64,000 nucleotides of DNA from Azolla caroliniana (Eukaryota > Plantae > Polypodiophyta). The stretch spans positions 1,860,001 to 1,924,000 of the forward strand of contig JBHGNT010000012.1 of the NCBI GenBank assembly GCA_043228905.1, read 5' to 3'. The translations under genes and the position numbers were made by a program. The notes beneath the pieces are model-generated. The model had not been told where the DNA came from. It made no database searches and saw nothing but the letters and a program-made list of their open reading frames with translations. Positions 1-13,824 of this stretch are shown here, in pieces. Each line of letters begins with the position of its first letter. Position 1 is the stretch's first letter.

Positions 1-400
1 ATGAATACTAGGCCGTTGAACGTAAAAGAATAATAAAAGCTAGCTAACAAACATCCATTTTTTATAAGAAATACTATGCAATTTGGGAAGTGGCTTCCAT
101 TGGAATGAAGTGAAAGGCAAGGACATGGATCAGAATTCCATGTGGGTTTCCTAAATTATAAAAAATAGGCGTTGAAGTTGAATTCCATGCTTTCCCCTGA
201 TGCTTAAGCATCTGCAATTAGTTCGAAAAAATCAATTCATCCGTTTTTTAATTTCCCACTTGATACTGAAATGCTGCAAATATAATGTTGGAGATATCAA
301 ACCTGGACTTTAAATTAATATTCATTCGAAGTTTTGTTTTTCCATTTATTAGTCTTTAACCAACTAATGAAGTGATCATATTACATTCATATGTTCACAG

Positions 401-1925
401 CGGTGGCCCTTTGCTGGATTCTAGAGGAAATCTGATTGGCATCAACACAGCAATATTTACACGGACAGGTAAGCACACACCTAATGTTTGTTTCTTTCAA
501 CCCTGATGTGTGGTTACAGAAAATTCAAATGTACAATGTAAATGTTTCTGGCAACTTTTAATTATGCTAAAGGTAGCTCGAAGGTGATCATGATGAGATA
601 TAGAAAGCTCTAATTATTATCCTCATGTGCTATGGTACAAACAAATCAGGTACTTCAGCTGGAGTGGGTTTTGCAATACCTTCAGATGTTGTATCAAAAA
701 TCGTTTCTCAACTAATTGCCTTTGGCAAGGTAAAGTTGATGTTTTTGAAATTTCTTTTTCATATATGGAGACTGATTTATGGAAATAGTATCTAATCTTT
801 TCTACTTGTGAACAGGTTGTGAGGCCAACTTTAAGTGTCCAATTTGCACCGGATCTGGTTGCCAAACAACTCAATGTCAAAACTGGAGTGCTTATCCTTT
901 CAGTAAGATTATTATTATTCTTTAAGTGGTCTATATACATTATCAAACGAGTAGGTATTCTATAGTTGCTTCAAATGGAGTATTGCAGGTGGCTGAGAAG
1001 GGTGCTGGAGCAAAGGCAGGACTGATACCCACGAGGCGAGGTCTTGCTGGAAATATTGTACTGGGAGATATTATTGTTGGTGTAAATGGTGCACCGGTGA
1101 GCAAAAATCATTGTTTTTTTGCTTCCTGAGGGTATATAATGTGTTTTTAAATGCTCCAGTTTAAACTTGTATTAGATTAAAGTCAACTAATAATTACACG
1201 ATCCTGGAGTTTGAGTTCAATCCAAATGCAAAATTCTGGAGACAACAAGATTGGCCAAATTCCAAAGCTTTTGCACCTAATTCATAACCTAAATAATATT
1301 CATCCTTTATTGTTAAAGTCTAGTAAAATGTTTTAATAGAATTGAAGTACTGAGTATTCTGCGATGTCCCCACTGTAATAATAAATTATTGGAGCTTCTA
1401 AGAGGTAACGGCTTCTCCTATTACGAACTTCCAACCTTTACTGCGTGATGAGATACATGGGAAGCTGACAATAACCAAATCCCATGCTTAGTTTTGTCTT
1501 TGATCATGGTTCTGAAGTCAATTGCCATAATATGGAGCACTGTATTACTGTTAGTAAGTTACACTCTATGAAGAAGTCATTGGTACAGATACCATGTTGA
1601 TATTCTGTTTGTATCGTTTGACATGTGAAGTTCTTTTTTTGTCATCTTCAAGTTTTTATGAGGTCCCAGTTGAAATAATATTAATAAATACTCGTTACTA
1701 TTATGTAATGTCTGTCCTCTTTGTTCACACAAGAGAACAAATATTGTGTTATGGGATTCCATCTTTATATTTCTTCATTCTGAAATATTTGTAATCCAGG
1801 TCAAGAATATTGCAGACTTTACGAAGGTTTTGGATGCTTATAATGTTGGTGATAAAGTTGAATTGCTGGTACAACGCAATGATAGCAAAGTGGAAGTTGA
1901 GGTAACGCTGGAAGAAAGTGCATAG
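401..1925 (+). CDS. DEG8: Deg/HtrA serine protease, DEG8-like (chloroplast lumen); 3' part only, 5' exons lie upstream of the window
   Basis: GT-AG exons 401-468, 650-729, 816-902, 989-1096 and 1800-1925 splice in frame to (S)[35 protein letters not shown]...GLAGNIVLGDIIVGVNG...VGDKVELLVQR...LEESA*. This is the trypsin SGGPL motif followed by a PDZ domain. Confidence 0.9.
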
Positions 1926-2271
1926 TCCGTGGATTGGCTGGATATGGTGGCATAGTTAAAATGAGGAATTATCTGGGAGTTCATCGGTATATTTACACTT
2001 CATGGACTGTAATTTATTATCATGAACTGCCCTCTTCAGCTTGCTTGCAATGTTGAATGTAAATTTATCGCCCTAAGATATATGTGTGTATATATATATA
2101 TATCTTAGTTTGTGTATTCTATTGTTTCACTAATGGAAAATATCAGAGACATAGCTCATACTAAAGGCTATTTGGGGATCAGTTCTAATTATCGGGATGC
2201 ATTCAATTATAAAATTTATGCTGTAGTACAATAGAACGTTAGAGATTTGTAACATATAACCATCAGACATT

Positions 2272-2745
2272 GTCCTTTTACGTTTGCATTTCCTTGAGCA
2301 TGAAACATAAAATCACACATACCATTCATCACTTCCAAGCAATTCATCAAACCTGCAGAAAATTACTATGTCAAAAGTACTCATCAGGTGGGCGCGTTTT
2401 CTCCATTCTTGGTCCATTCCTCTTTACGTTTGCATTTCCTTAGAGCATGAAACGTACCCCATATACCATTCATAATTTCCAAGCAATTGATCAAACCCAT
2501 GGAAAACCACAATACCATCTGGCAAGCGTTTTTTCTCCTTCAATTTTGATACACAAAACAATCACTCCCGGTTGAAAAGCCCCAATTGCCTGGTTCTCAG
2601 CAACTTCCTTCCTGACCTCTATATATTGTATACGACTGACATAACAATAACTAGCACCATTGCATCATTGTTCAGTAACTTCCTATCCTCTATATACTGT
2701 ATACAACTGACATAAACAATAACTAGCACTATTGCATTGTTGTTC
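2272..2745. repeat. Two local direct duplications (about 150 bp x2 and about 75 bp x2) between the convergent DEG8 and SelT genes
   Basis: TTTACGTTTGCATTTCCTT...TTCCAAGCAATT occurs twice; CTCTATATA..TGTATAC.ACTGACATAA..CAATAACTAGCAC occurs twice. Confidence 0.75.
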
Positions 2746-3244
2746 CTGGTCCATATAAGCATGGTTTCAACTAGGGAAGTTAAGATACATTAGGCATGAT
2801 GTGTATGAATTTGGGACTAGGCAAGCAAATATTGTTTAGATCTACGAAAATCTGATGTTCACCAGTGCAAACTTCCACAACAATGGTTCATGATTCATCA
2901 TCATACAGATAAGATTTGGATAAATGGCTGTGGATTCTATTTACAAATTCAAAGCTTTTAAAATAATATAGAACATCTCAACAAAAACAAGCATTCATTG
3001 AAACACCCCAGGGAATGTAAGACAGGTAACTTTCAAACATATTCAAACAGTTTAGTATGTATGAGGCAACCATCTTTCCAGATTACTTAGCCCACCATTA
3101 GTGAAACTAAATCCATTAATGTAAAATAGATTCAACTGCCAAGAGGTATTTTTGGTATTTCCATCAACATTGAATGGTACAATTATCCGAAACTATGTTG
3201 CCAATCCATGCTTTGTGCTCAAATGGAGAAGTCGGATATTTATC

Positions 3245-6200
3245 TTACATCTTTGTTTTCAGCTCGAGAGTCTTGCCAACAGTCTCCCGCAGCTCAAATT
3301 CATTCGGAAATCTACCTTCCCTTAGTTTTGAAAAGATCTACAAGATGAAATCTTGAATGAGCAAATTATGTTTGCATATAGAGGTGAGAAAAGGCAGAAG
3401 CAAAGAAACTCACCAAATCAAGATATAAAATCTTGAACAAGCAAATAATGCTTGTCAAAAGACATGAAATAAAAATGAATAAATAATGGAAACTAACTTA
3501 CCAAATCACCATCAAAGTAAACCTCGAACGCTCCGGTACTCTGAAGGGTATTTTGTAACACATTCCCTAAGATCCAACAACCTGCTGCAGCTCCAAACCG
3601 ATTTTGGCGTAAATAATTGTACCATGCAGGGGGAGAGGCATAACCCAATCGTGGAAATATATGGTCGCCTCCAACCACTAAAGCTATGCCTGCAAATTGA
3701 ACTAAAGGAATGACCTTGATTAGCAGTCGTTTAGGCAAAGGAGGTGGATAGTTGGTTAACACAACATCAGTCCCAGGGAAAAAGCTCATTAGAGTTGTCC
3801 GTGTATCCATTGCTGTTTTCCTGCCAAATATTATAGATAATGAGAAATTTGGTTTATGAATAGCTCCATTCTGACTCATAGATAACAGGGGAGTTCTTTA
3901 TTTCCTCAAACAGTCCTAAATACTACAGGATATTTCAGGGTTTTCCCCAGATAATACCAGGGAGAGCAAGTTTACTTGTAAGAACAAGATGCACAAAAAG
4001 AAATGTGGAACTTTCCACCAAGGCTTGCCGAATCAAGTGCTCCAGTTCTTCCTGAAACCTGAAACATATACCATACTATATAGGTTAATGCTGATATCAG
4101 GATGTACATAATCTCAATGTAGGAAGAGTTCCACATTGAAATTTATTTGAGATCCCAGAATAGGAAGACACTACACGACAACTCACAATACATCTTGGGT
4201 AACATAAATGTCTATTGCAATGGTCACACATTCACAAATGCTGTCTACAAAAATTACAAATGACCCTTAAACGTACACCATATTGTAGAGGTCAATGCTT
4301 ATATCAAGATATACATTATCCTAGTTAAAATAGAGTTTCACATATTGTAGAGGTCAACGCTTATAGAGGTCAACGTTTATATCAAGATAATTTGTGATCC
4401 CAGATAAGGAAGACAAATCAGCTCATAATGGATCTTTGACAAAATAAATGTTTGTTGCAATGATCACACATACTAACTATAAAAATTACAAAATGGCCAT
4501 TACCCAGAGGGGTAGAGAATCAAATATCAAAGGTTCTATCTAAAGGCAGTTTACCAGACACCAAGACTTTCAAACCTTCACACAGCTAGCTGCACTAAAA
4601 CCTATACCAAGATCTATACGGGGTTTTCTTAGCTCAGATTGAGATAATTTTACCAGATTTTAATGAGCTAGGATTCTTAAGAGAACTCCCCATCTCCACC
4701 TATTGCATCAACTTCTGATCTATGCTCTCCCATAGGTTGTCTCTTCACAGTGGAGCCCGAGACATGCTTACAGAGCTCCTAGCTCTTATATTGAATAGAG
4801 TCATGTAGCTTCCATGCTTCAGCATGACTTGAGTAGATGGGTTCAATGGGCAGGTATTATGGGCATAACCATTACTTACCCCACTGCAGTTTTTACCGTA
4901 GTTCTCTACACACGAGAATAATAGTGTGAGGGTGAAAGACCAAGTGTAAGCTTGCCTGGGGGCCTTCGGTCTGGCTATGAATATGAGGCCTAGCTAACCT
5001 CCTAAGGTGAGAGTCAAATATATTGAATCTGTGATCTTGTGGTGAATACTCTTGTGGCGTGCAAGCACCAGTGCTCGGTACAACTCAAAGCCCATACATG
5101 ACGGTATGGGATGCTGTTCAAGGCTCGGGTCTGTGTCGATCCCTTTTTTCTTTCTGTCTCTTTATTTTTCTCCTTTATTTGCTATGCTGACATTAGATAT
5201 ATACATGACAGCAGGCATCACAACTAAAGTACAAAAAGCATTTTGGAGAAGCGTATGTACATCAGATCATGAAGCTACTCTTTGGGTCATCATAGAGGAG
5301 AAAAGTTCACATGGGAGGAGAATTTATTGCAGATTTGTGGATTCCCTTCACTATATGGGTGAAACAAGGATGTCCTTTCAACTCTTTTTGGCCTATATAT
5401 TTATTGATGAGGTTCCAGATTATATCATGAGACAATGGGCCAAAGGGCGCAACTCTTGGGTATTTGGATATACTTCACAGTACATGCAGATGATATTGCA
5501 TTTAATTCAGATCCTTGTGAAGTTCAAAAAGACACCTAGATGTTCTATACAAATCAGGGATAATTAAGGTGCCATAAGGACACATATCGATGTACGGGGT
5601 GGTTCTGTGTATTGCAGATTAAGGACACAAAGTGGGTAGGAACATCCATAATCCTATCAGTGAGTTCAACTGCCGGGGTGGGGTGGGGGGTCGTATTGTC
5701 AGCTTCATGTTCCTTGTCCCTTTCACTTTTGCTGTTCACAATCCCATTGCTTGTTTGACCTTTCTCTATTTATAGCATGTTATTGACTGAAATATACTAG
5801 CTCAAAAGACAAGTAAAGCATTCAAAACTGGCACTAGCTCTATAAAAATACAATAGCTGAAAAGAGACAAAATTTCATATCCTACACCAGCTCTATAAAA
5901 AGTGGCCAATTTCTACAATACACACCAGCTCGAAAGACACACAAAGAATTAAGGAAGGCATTCAGTCAACTAAAATACGCATCTAAGAACAAATTCTACA
6001 ATATACATCATACAAAATCACACAAAATATGCTGTTTCGTTAACGGTCATATCGGATTCCTATAATATACAAGGAAGTTTCCTCGAAAGTATTAAAAGTC
6101 TATGATCACATAAAATATATGCAAAAGAAGAAATACAAACAAAGAAACGATTCTTCTTAAGCAGCGAAAATGTCTGGCGGAGGTCTACTAGAAAGTGTTT

Positions 6201-6550
6201 TCGTTCTAACATACACATAATACAAAGACATACAAAGAATGTTGTTTCCTTAGTAGAACTATCAGATTGCTATGATGTACAAACAGCTCTATGATCTTAT
6301 AAAAGACATGCATAGAACATATAAAGCCATTTCTTTAGCAGGCCCGAAATAAAGAGATAAAGATGCTTACCTTGGATGGAGAAGGGGCAAAGCTGAGAGG
6401 AGGTAAAACACCACCATCTTTCTGCTGGTGGTGGTGATGGTGAGGCTTCGGCGGAGGTGTCTTCAAGAAGATACAATAGAAATCCGAAGCCAAGAGGGAG
6501 AGAGGGAGGGCTACTAAAATAAGGAAATGGACTCGATCAGGGGTGGCCAT
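3245..6550 (-). CDS. SELT: SelT-like (selenoprotein T / Rdx family) thioredoxin-fold protein, Cys form
   Basis: Exons 6550-6371, 4058-3976, 3820-3502 and 3337-3245 give an N-terminal hydrophobic segment, FHISFCASCSYK, NYPPPLPKRLL, STGAFEVYFDGDLIFSKLREGRFP and a TAA stop. Confidence 0.9.
4855..5210 (+). mobile_element. Solo LTR related to the Gypsy LTRs at 42593 and 54485, in SelT intron 1
   Basis: Shares blocks with those LTRs (GGGCATRACCAT, TTTACCGTAGT, GTGTGAGGGT, CTTGCCTGGGGGCCTT, GAGGCCTAGCTA). Ends in CA. Flanked by the 5-bp duplication GCAGG at 4850-4854 and 5211-5215. Confidence 0.8.
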
Positions 6551-6756
6551 GGCTGCTCGTCTTCTTCTTCCTTTCTCGCTGTGTCGCTTTCGATCGATCG
6601 ATCTTCAACTCTGAGGCCACAGAGACAGAGACAGAGACAGAGACAGAGAGAGCAGGCTAGAAAAAACCATGAAATTCTCCAAAATAGCCCTTTAGGTTTC
6701 CATTATTTCTGAAAATGCCCCCCCAAGTTTTCCTTCATTTTCCAAGATGGCCCCTG

Positions 6757-6945
6757 AGAAGAAGAAGAAGAAGAAGAAGAAGAAGTCTGTAGAGTAAGTT
6801 CTTAGGTCTTATTATAAGAGACGAAGAAGAAGTTTGTAGAATCAGTTCTCAGGTCTTCTTATTAATGTCTCTGATCTTATTATTAGAGAATAAGAAGAAG
6901 AAGGAGAAGTCTGTAGAGTCAGTTCTTAGGTCTAATTATTAATGT
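6757..6945. repeat. (GAA)n plus three copies of a unit of about 55-75 bp, upstream of SelT
   Basis: GAAGAAGTYTGTAGARTMAGTTCTYAGGTCT..TTAT repeated three times. Confidence 0.7.
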
Positions 6946-6999
6946 CTTCGAGGTGGACTCCGTCGGTCACCACATTCCTCACCCTGCTGACTGCTCTTT

Positions 7000-7031
<32 letters not shown>

Positions 7032-7548
7032 ACACTACTCCAACACCTCCCGTGTCCCCACTCTGTAGATTGGCTTGCCTTGGGCAGCAATAACAACGTT
7101 TTGGGAAGCTTTGATTAAGAGAAGCCACCTTGACGTCTCAGATTTCTCCCACCAATCTTGAGCCAATCAATAGGACGAGTTCTCTTTGCAATATGATGGG
7201 GGTGATGTGTTTCCAGAATTGAATATATTTGTTTTTGTTAATGTTGCGAGTAGAAGAAGAAGAAGACTAAACAAAGCGGTTGTATGAAAAATGAATGATG
7301 GTTGAACATGTTCATGTGTGAGTGATAGGCCTTCACACCCTGACTTTCTCACTAAGAAGCAATATAGAAATTCAATGTAGAAAAAAATATGCATTATTTA
7401 GCTCCAATAGTTGCATTTCCTAGAGTTTATGCATGTAGAGGGTTATCGTTATTAATCAACTTTAGATAATGGTATAATATTAATCCTTACCATCGTCTTT
7501 TACGTAAAAAAGGCAACATTGTCATTTTCACTCTTTCTATAGCAGAAA

Positions 7549-7746
7549 TAACAATCGACAATGGTATGGTTTTAATTGAATTGAATTGCAAAACCACATC
7601 ATAACGGTTTAAACGGTTCAGTTCGGTTTAGGTTTAGATTTTTGTAAACGATTCGGTTTTGTGATAGATAGTATATAAGGTAATAATAAAAAACGAGGGC
7701 TTGGTGTGCCTGCCAAAAATAATCATTTTTTCTGTGTGCTGTCTTC

Positions 7747-7786
<40 letters not shown>

Positions 7787-10700
7787 GTTCATCGTTTCCT
7801 CTACAGAAAAAAAGCAACTCGTCCGTTTCTCCTCGTTACTCTTCCAACAATGGTATCAGAGCTAAGGGCTTCGTGAGAGACCTTGTATGTGGTAGGAATC
7901 GTTTGGTTTTTTCTGTCTTTGCCCCCTCTCTGCTATTTTTCAAGAACTCGTCAAAGAGAGGTAATCTCCAAACTCTCTTGCTGTCGTAAGGTCTTGTTGT
8001 TTCACTATTTTTTGAGCCATTTTTGGGGGAAATATACCTTCTAAAGGTATTTTTTCTTCTTCTCTAAACCTAGATACAGAGAGGACTCACTCGTTTCTAG
8101 TTTACAAAGAGAGGACTTGCATTTTTCAATGCTTGCTCACTTGATGTGAGATTGTGAAATTGGAAGTTGCGTCTTAGTCACATTCCATTTACCTTTGGTT
8201 GAGATAAGAGTGAGGTGTTCTTCTTAGGCGAACACACATACATACCTTTGAACATGGTGATAGTTGTATTTGAGACCTACTAGTGAGTAGCGTCCCAACT
8301 ATCATTAGGTTCTTAGAGTTGCAATCGACTAGGTTTACTTACCACTTAATGGTCTCTGAAATGTTTGAGGTTTCGGACACCTCATGCGGTGGTTCCTTTA
8401 ATTCCCATAGAAATCACTCTATGAGTGGAAAAGACGACATTGAGATCCCATAGAAATCACTCTAGTGGTTCCTCCTCCTCGGTGGAAATAGAGGAAGTAA
8501 ATGCAACATGTGATCAGACAGACATATTGGGCTTAGATGATGTTAGCACACATGTTGGGATGAATATGGTTTTTTCTCCATCTCATACGTGGTTGTTGGA
8601 CTACGGTGCATCATTCCATGTACTTCACATAGAGAGTGGTTTACATGTTATGAAGCCAAGTTACTTGGGAAAGTTTGACCTAGAGATTCACATCAGTGTG
8701 ATGTGATTGGCATTGGAGATATCTCAATGCACTTTAGTGATGGTTCTCATCTCACCATCAAAGATGTATGTCATGTTCCTCAACTAACTCGTAGTCTAAC
8801 GTCTGTTGGTAAGCTTGATGACAACGGATATAAGGTGATATTTGCTTCCCAATCCTTTCGTATAACAATAGGAAATATGATCGTTGCAAAAGGGAACAAA
8901 GTTGGTTCCCTCTACCCTCTATTTGTTCATAAAAAAGAACATTTGTTGGCTGTCACAGACGAGCCAATGACGATTATTTGGCACAACAGTTTAGGCCACA
9001 TGTCACAAAATGGCATGGAAGTTTTATCTCGTTATGGCTATTTACCTAAGTTGTCATTCTTTGATTTTGGATTATGTGAACATTGGGAACATGGTAAGCA
9101 AACCAGAAGTGAACATAAGACCAATGTTAACTCATCCACTAGACCATTGGATCTTGTTCACACGGATGTTTGTGGACCTATGCCCACAAGATCTTTGGGT
9201 GGTGCATTGTATTTTGTTACTTTTATTGATGATGCCACTAGGAAAGTTTGGGTTTATCCGATCAAGGGAAAGGATGATGTATACCCTACTTTCAGAAAAT
9301 GGCGTAGTGCGGTTGACTTGGAAAAGGACACAAAACAACAGTCCATGTGCTTAATCTATCACTGAACACAATCATAGGTCTAAAAGTGGCACAAGAGTTG
9401 TGGACAGGCAATACACCTCATTATGCTCATCTTAGAGTTTTTGGATTTGAAGCATATGTACACGTTCCAAAAACTCTAAGAAAAAATTTGGACTATAAAT
9501 GCAGAAAATGTATATTCCTTGGTTATGGAATTGATGGGCAGTTTGGATATCGCTTATGGGACCCTGACACATGTGTTGTGGTCAGAAGTAGCAATGTTGT
9601 TTTTTATGAGAAAAAAATGCAGAAATAGTCCGTAAGGCAGGTAGAAATGAGAAAGGTTATATTTAAGGATATTGTGCCTTCTGTTGATGTAAAACCAAAA
9701 ATCTTATTGATGTAGATGCTTCTACATGTGGTCAATCTCGAAAAACTGCTATTGGTCAACATGATGATGCTCAACACAATGATGTGCAAAATGATGATTT
9801 TCAGTAAGCATATGCTCATAAGGATGTTTCTCATGCACAACCTAATGGTATTCAGGTTCATGAGTCATTGAGGAGATCCACGTGTGTCTCACAAACGCCT
9901 AGTAAATTTGTTGACTATGTAATGCTATCAGATGCCGGTGAGCCTTCATGTTACAATGAAGCCATATCTGTTCATGATCATGCTAAATGGAAACAAGCGA
10001 TGCAAAATGAGTTGGACAGTATCCATAAGAATGGAACTTGGGATTTAGTGCCTTTGCCAAAATGTAGGAAAGCACGACAATGTAAATGGGTGTTGAAGTA
10101 CAAATACACATATGATTGTGTTCATCCCAAGTATAAAGCTCGCATTGTGGCAAAAGGTTTTAAACAAGAACAAGGAGTTGATTTCGATGAAATATTCTCT
10201 TCGTTAGTCAAGATGACTACGTTACACATGATGGTTGCATTGGTTGCCAAAAATGATCTTGATTTATTTCAAATGGATGTAAACACTGTTTTTTTCCATG
10301 GAGATCTCGATGAAGAGATCTATATGGAGTAACAAAAGGGTTTTGAAGTTTATGGGAGAATGCCTTTGGTATGTAAACTTAAGAAAAGTTTATATGGTCT
10401 TAAACAATCACCTCGAAAATGGTATAAAAAATTCGATGCTTTTATGAGGTTCCAAAGTTATGTTAGGAGTAATGAAGACTCATGCTTATATACGAAGAAA
10501 TGTATAGATGACTCATATGTGATTTTAATACTTTATGTAGATGACATGCTCATCGTCGGTAAGAACAAGGATGAGCCGTCCAAACTAAAGAAAAATCTGA
10601 GTCAAACCTTTGATATGAAAGATTTGGGAAATGCTAAACACATCCTTGGAATGTGTATTACTTGGGATAGGAGTAATGGATGTATTTATTTGTCTCAATC

Positions 10701-12163
10701 TGAGTATGTATGCAAAATACTCAAGAGGTTTAATATGGAGAGTGCAAAGCCTTTGACCATTCCATTATCTATGCATGTTAAATTGAGCAAAGATGAATGC
10801 CCCAAATCTGATCATGAACAGGAGTTCATGAGTAAAATTCCTTACCAGTCTGTTGTTGGTAGTCTTATATACGATATAATAGTGACTACGCCAAACATTC
10901 CATTTGCAGTGGAGCAGATTTTTGTCAAACCTTGGTAAGAAACATTGGGAGGCAGTTAAAATGGTATTAAGATATCTGAGCGGCACCAAGAATAAGTGTC
11001 TATGTTTAGGTGGCGGAAATGTATCCATTATTGGATATACAGACTTTGATTATGCTGGTTGTTTCGACATCATAAAATCCACTTCGGGGTATATTTTTTA
11101 GTTTATGGGAAGTGCCATATCTTGGAGATCTCATCTCCAAGAATGTACTACGTTGTCCACTACAGATGCAGAGTATGTTGCACCTAGCGAAGCAGGCAAG
11201 GAAGTCGTATGGTTGTCCATATTAGCTTGTGAAATGGGCATACCTAAACTTGTACCGATACTGTTTCGTGGTAGTTAGAGTGTCATTGCATTGGTGAAAA
11301 ACCCAATATACCATGCAAAGACCAAGCACATTGGAGTGCGATATCACTTCATCCGTGAATGCATATCTCTGGCTACATCAGTCTTGAGAAAGTTGTCTCT
11401 CAAGAAAATGTCGTAGATGCATTGACCAAAGCTCTACCACATGATGCGCTAGAGCATTGCTACCACTTGATGGGAATTACTTAGCTCTTCAGGTTACACA
11501 CTATTTTTGTATATTGTGTACAACATAATCATCAAGTAGGATGTGTAGGTCTTGTACAATCTTCCTATCAACTTTGCTGATCCCTAGTTTGGCCTTTAGT
11601 GGGAGATTGATAAATAGTGAGAAAAGCCAAAAAGGCAATGCTCACCATTAAGTAAGTATATAAGATAATAATAAAGAAACGAGGGTTTGGTGTGCCCGCC
11701 AAATTTTTTTTTTTCTCTATGTTGTCTTCTGTGTGTGTGCTGTTCATCGTTTCCTTTGCAGAAAAACAACGGCTCGTCCACTTCTCCTCGTTATTCTTCC
11801 AACATTTTGGTTGCATTTGGTTTGGGGGTTTACCAATTCGGTTCAGTTCAATTCAAGCCTTTATCGATTTAAATGTTCTGAAACCCCAGTTCAAAAGGTT
11901 TAAACGGTTCAAACAGTTTAAAAAATAAAAAATTTTAAATTTTGAATTTTGACCTACCTTGACAACCAAAACCAAACCGCGAAAACACGGATTTCACAGT
12001 TTACCGGTTTAAAGGTTTGAAAGTCTCTATAGTTTGGTTCGAGCTTGATTTTCTTTTGTAATGGTTCAATTTAAATGATTTCGTGGTTTGGTCTAAGTTT
12101 CAAAATTTTTAAACTGTTTGATTTTGAGACTCTCAAACTGAACCGAACGGTTGCCGATTGTTA
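7549..12163. mobile_element. hAT-type MITE, split by the Copia insertion at 7662-11804
   Basis: Terminal inverted repeats TAACAATCG(A/G)CAA...TTGCCGATTGTTA, GGTTC/GAACC-rich subterminal repeats, and an 8-bp target duplication AGCAGAAA/AGCGGAAA (7/8 match). Confidence 0.8.
7662..11804 (+). mobile_element. Degenerate Ty1/Copia LTR retrotransposon with internal deletions
   Basis: LTRs 7662-7849 and 11608-11804 (TG...CA), TSD TTTTG on both sides, PBS TGGTATCAGAGC at 7851, PPT GTGGGAGAT. Broken protease (WLLDYGASFH), integrase (LVHTDVCGP), RT (LYVDDMLI) and RNase H. No recognisable gag. Confidence 0.92.
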
Positions 12164-13824
12164 AGCGGAAACTTGCGGCATTGACAATGTAATAAATAGG
12201 AACAAACATGAGTTATATGATTTTGATTTTGAAACTGTAAAAACTTTTTAAACAAACACATCACAAAGCATTACTTTATGACAATCATGAATATATGAGC
12301 AATACTCTATGGAACATTTTATTTCTGGTACGAGAAAATGACATTGCTTTCACATTGCTAATTTGTGATAATGTCTATAGAGTCTACAAACCTAATGAAT
12401 CAGATAAATTTCATTCATACTGACATAAGTTCACATCAATTGCGTAGAAATCATTAAAAGTAATAGTGAACACCTAAAAAATGAGCATCTTAATGCATCC
12501 CTAGGAAAGTCAAAATGGAGAGTCCAATAGCTAAGAGGGGATGTCACGTGCATATGTCTATACAAAATTAATTCCTTTCATGAGTTAACATACTGTTATC
12601 ACAACAACATCAACTTTGTAATGTCCATTACCTTTATCAACTTGGTAAATAGAACTTGTCCCATTAACTATGTTTCATGTCAGATGGTCGCAAACTTATC
12701 ACACAACTTCCATGGTGTTCTCAACGATGGAGTCTAATTGGAACTTCAAAACTCAAATTTAATATGGATTTTGAAAGTCTCAACCATGAGATATTTGTTG
12801 AGAAACCAAGTAAGTTCAAAATTTGGATTTCTATTTCATTTTATACATCTCTACTATAGGAAACCAATCATCTCTAAAATATGATAACCATTTGTAAGCT
12901 AGCTTTTCATTCCCTTTGTTAAATACGTGTCGTGTATTTTCATGTCTCACACTCCTCAATGGCACTTGTATTGGTGTTGGCACCAAGAAGGCAAGTTTGA
13001 GTGCAAAGGAAAGGAAACAAAAGAGGTAAAGCTAGAATGCAAACACTTATGACCACCCAAATGTGAAAAAGGGCTAAAACAATGTAAAAGTCTATAGAAG
13101 TCATTTATGTGTCTTTTTTGTGCTTCTTCATTCTTGACAAGTACTCTAAAGTTTCTCTATCATTCTTTTTTCTTTTTATAGTAATTACCTTACCCTAGTG
13201 GTAAGTCATTAACACTACAAGCACTTCGTCATGGGTTTGAAACCCAATTTTGTCACCTCTTTATTGTATACTTCATATACTCTTAATTCACTAGATGCCA
13301 TTGTGGCCTCACTTTCTCAATGACATCAAAGATTAAGTGATTTACTCTAAGTTGTATATTTTAATCTTCTAATGGGGTTCTTCATTCGTAAGCCTTACTA
13401 AAGCTTCTCTTTCATTCTCTCCTATCATATATCTCTCTTTCTTTCTCTCTCTCTCTCTCACTCACTTTGTCAATGACATCAATGTTTATTTACTTTAAGC
13501 TTTATAATAATATTCTTGTGTGATTATGACCACCAAACTCATATAGGAGTGTTGTGCTCTATTTGTGTACTTTCATATATTCTTTAACTCATTAAATATA
13601 ATGATTAAGTTACAAATTTGGCACCTTAACTAATTGCTTAGTTAAGTTAAGCTATTCAAGAGGGGAGAAGACGAGTTCATTTATGTTTTATACATGATAG
13701 TTAGTAGCTCTAGAGTGTTTAACAATGAATCTTTGCATGTATCACCAATCATAGGGTAAAATTCAATATTGCAACATGCCTTCTGTGGGGAGACAGAACT
13801 CCAGTAGAGAGAGACATACATTAG

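Noticed and set aside
4150-6330. Short degenerate duplications in SelT intron 1 (4150-4500 and 5790-6330)
   Set aside because: Ordinary intronic slippage or duplication with no structure or coding signal.
3245-6550. Genuine selenoprotein with UGA recoding and a SECIS element
   Set aside because: The active site is encoded by two TGT codons and there is no in-frame TGA.
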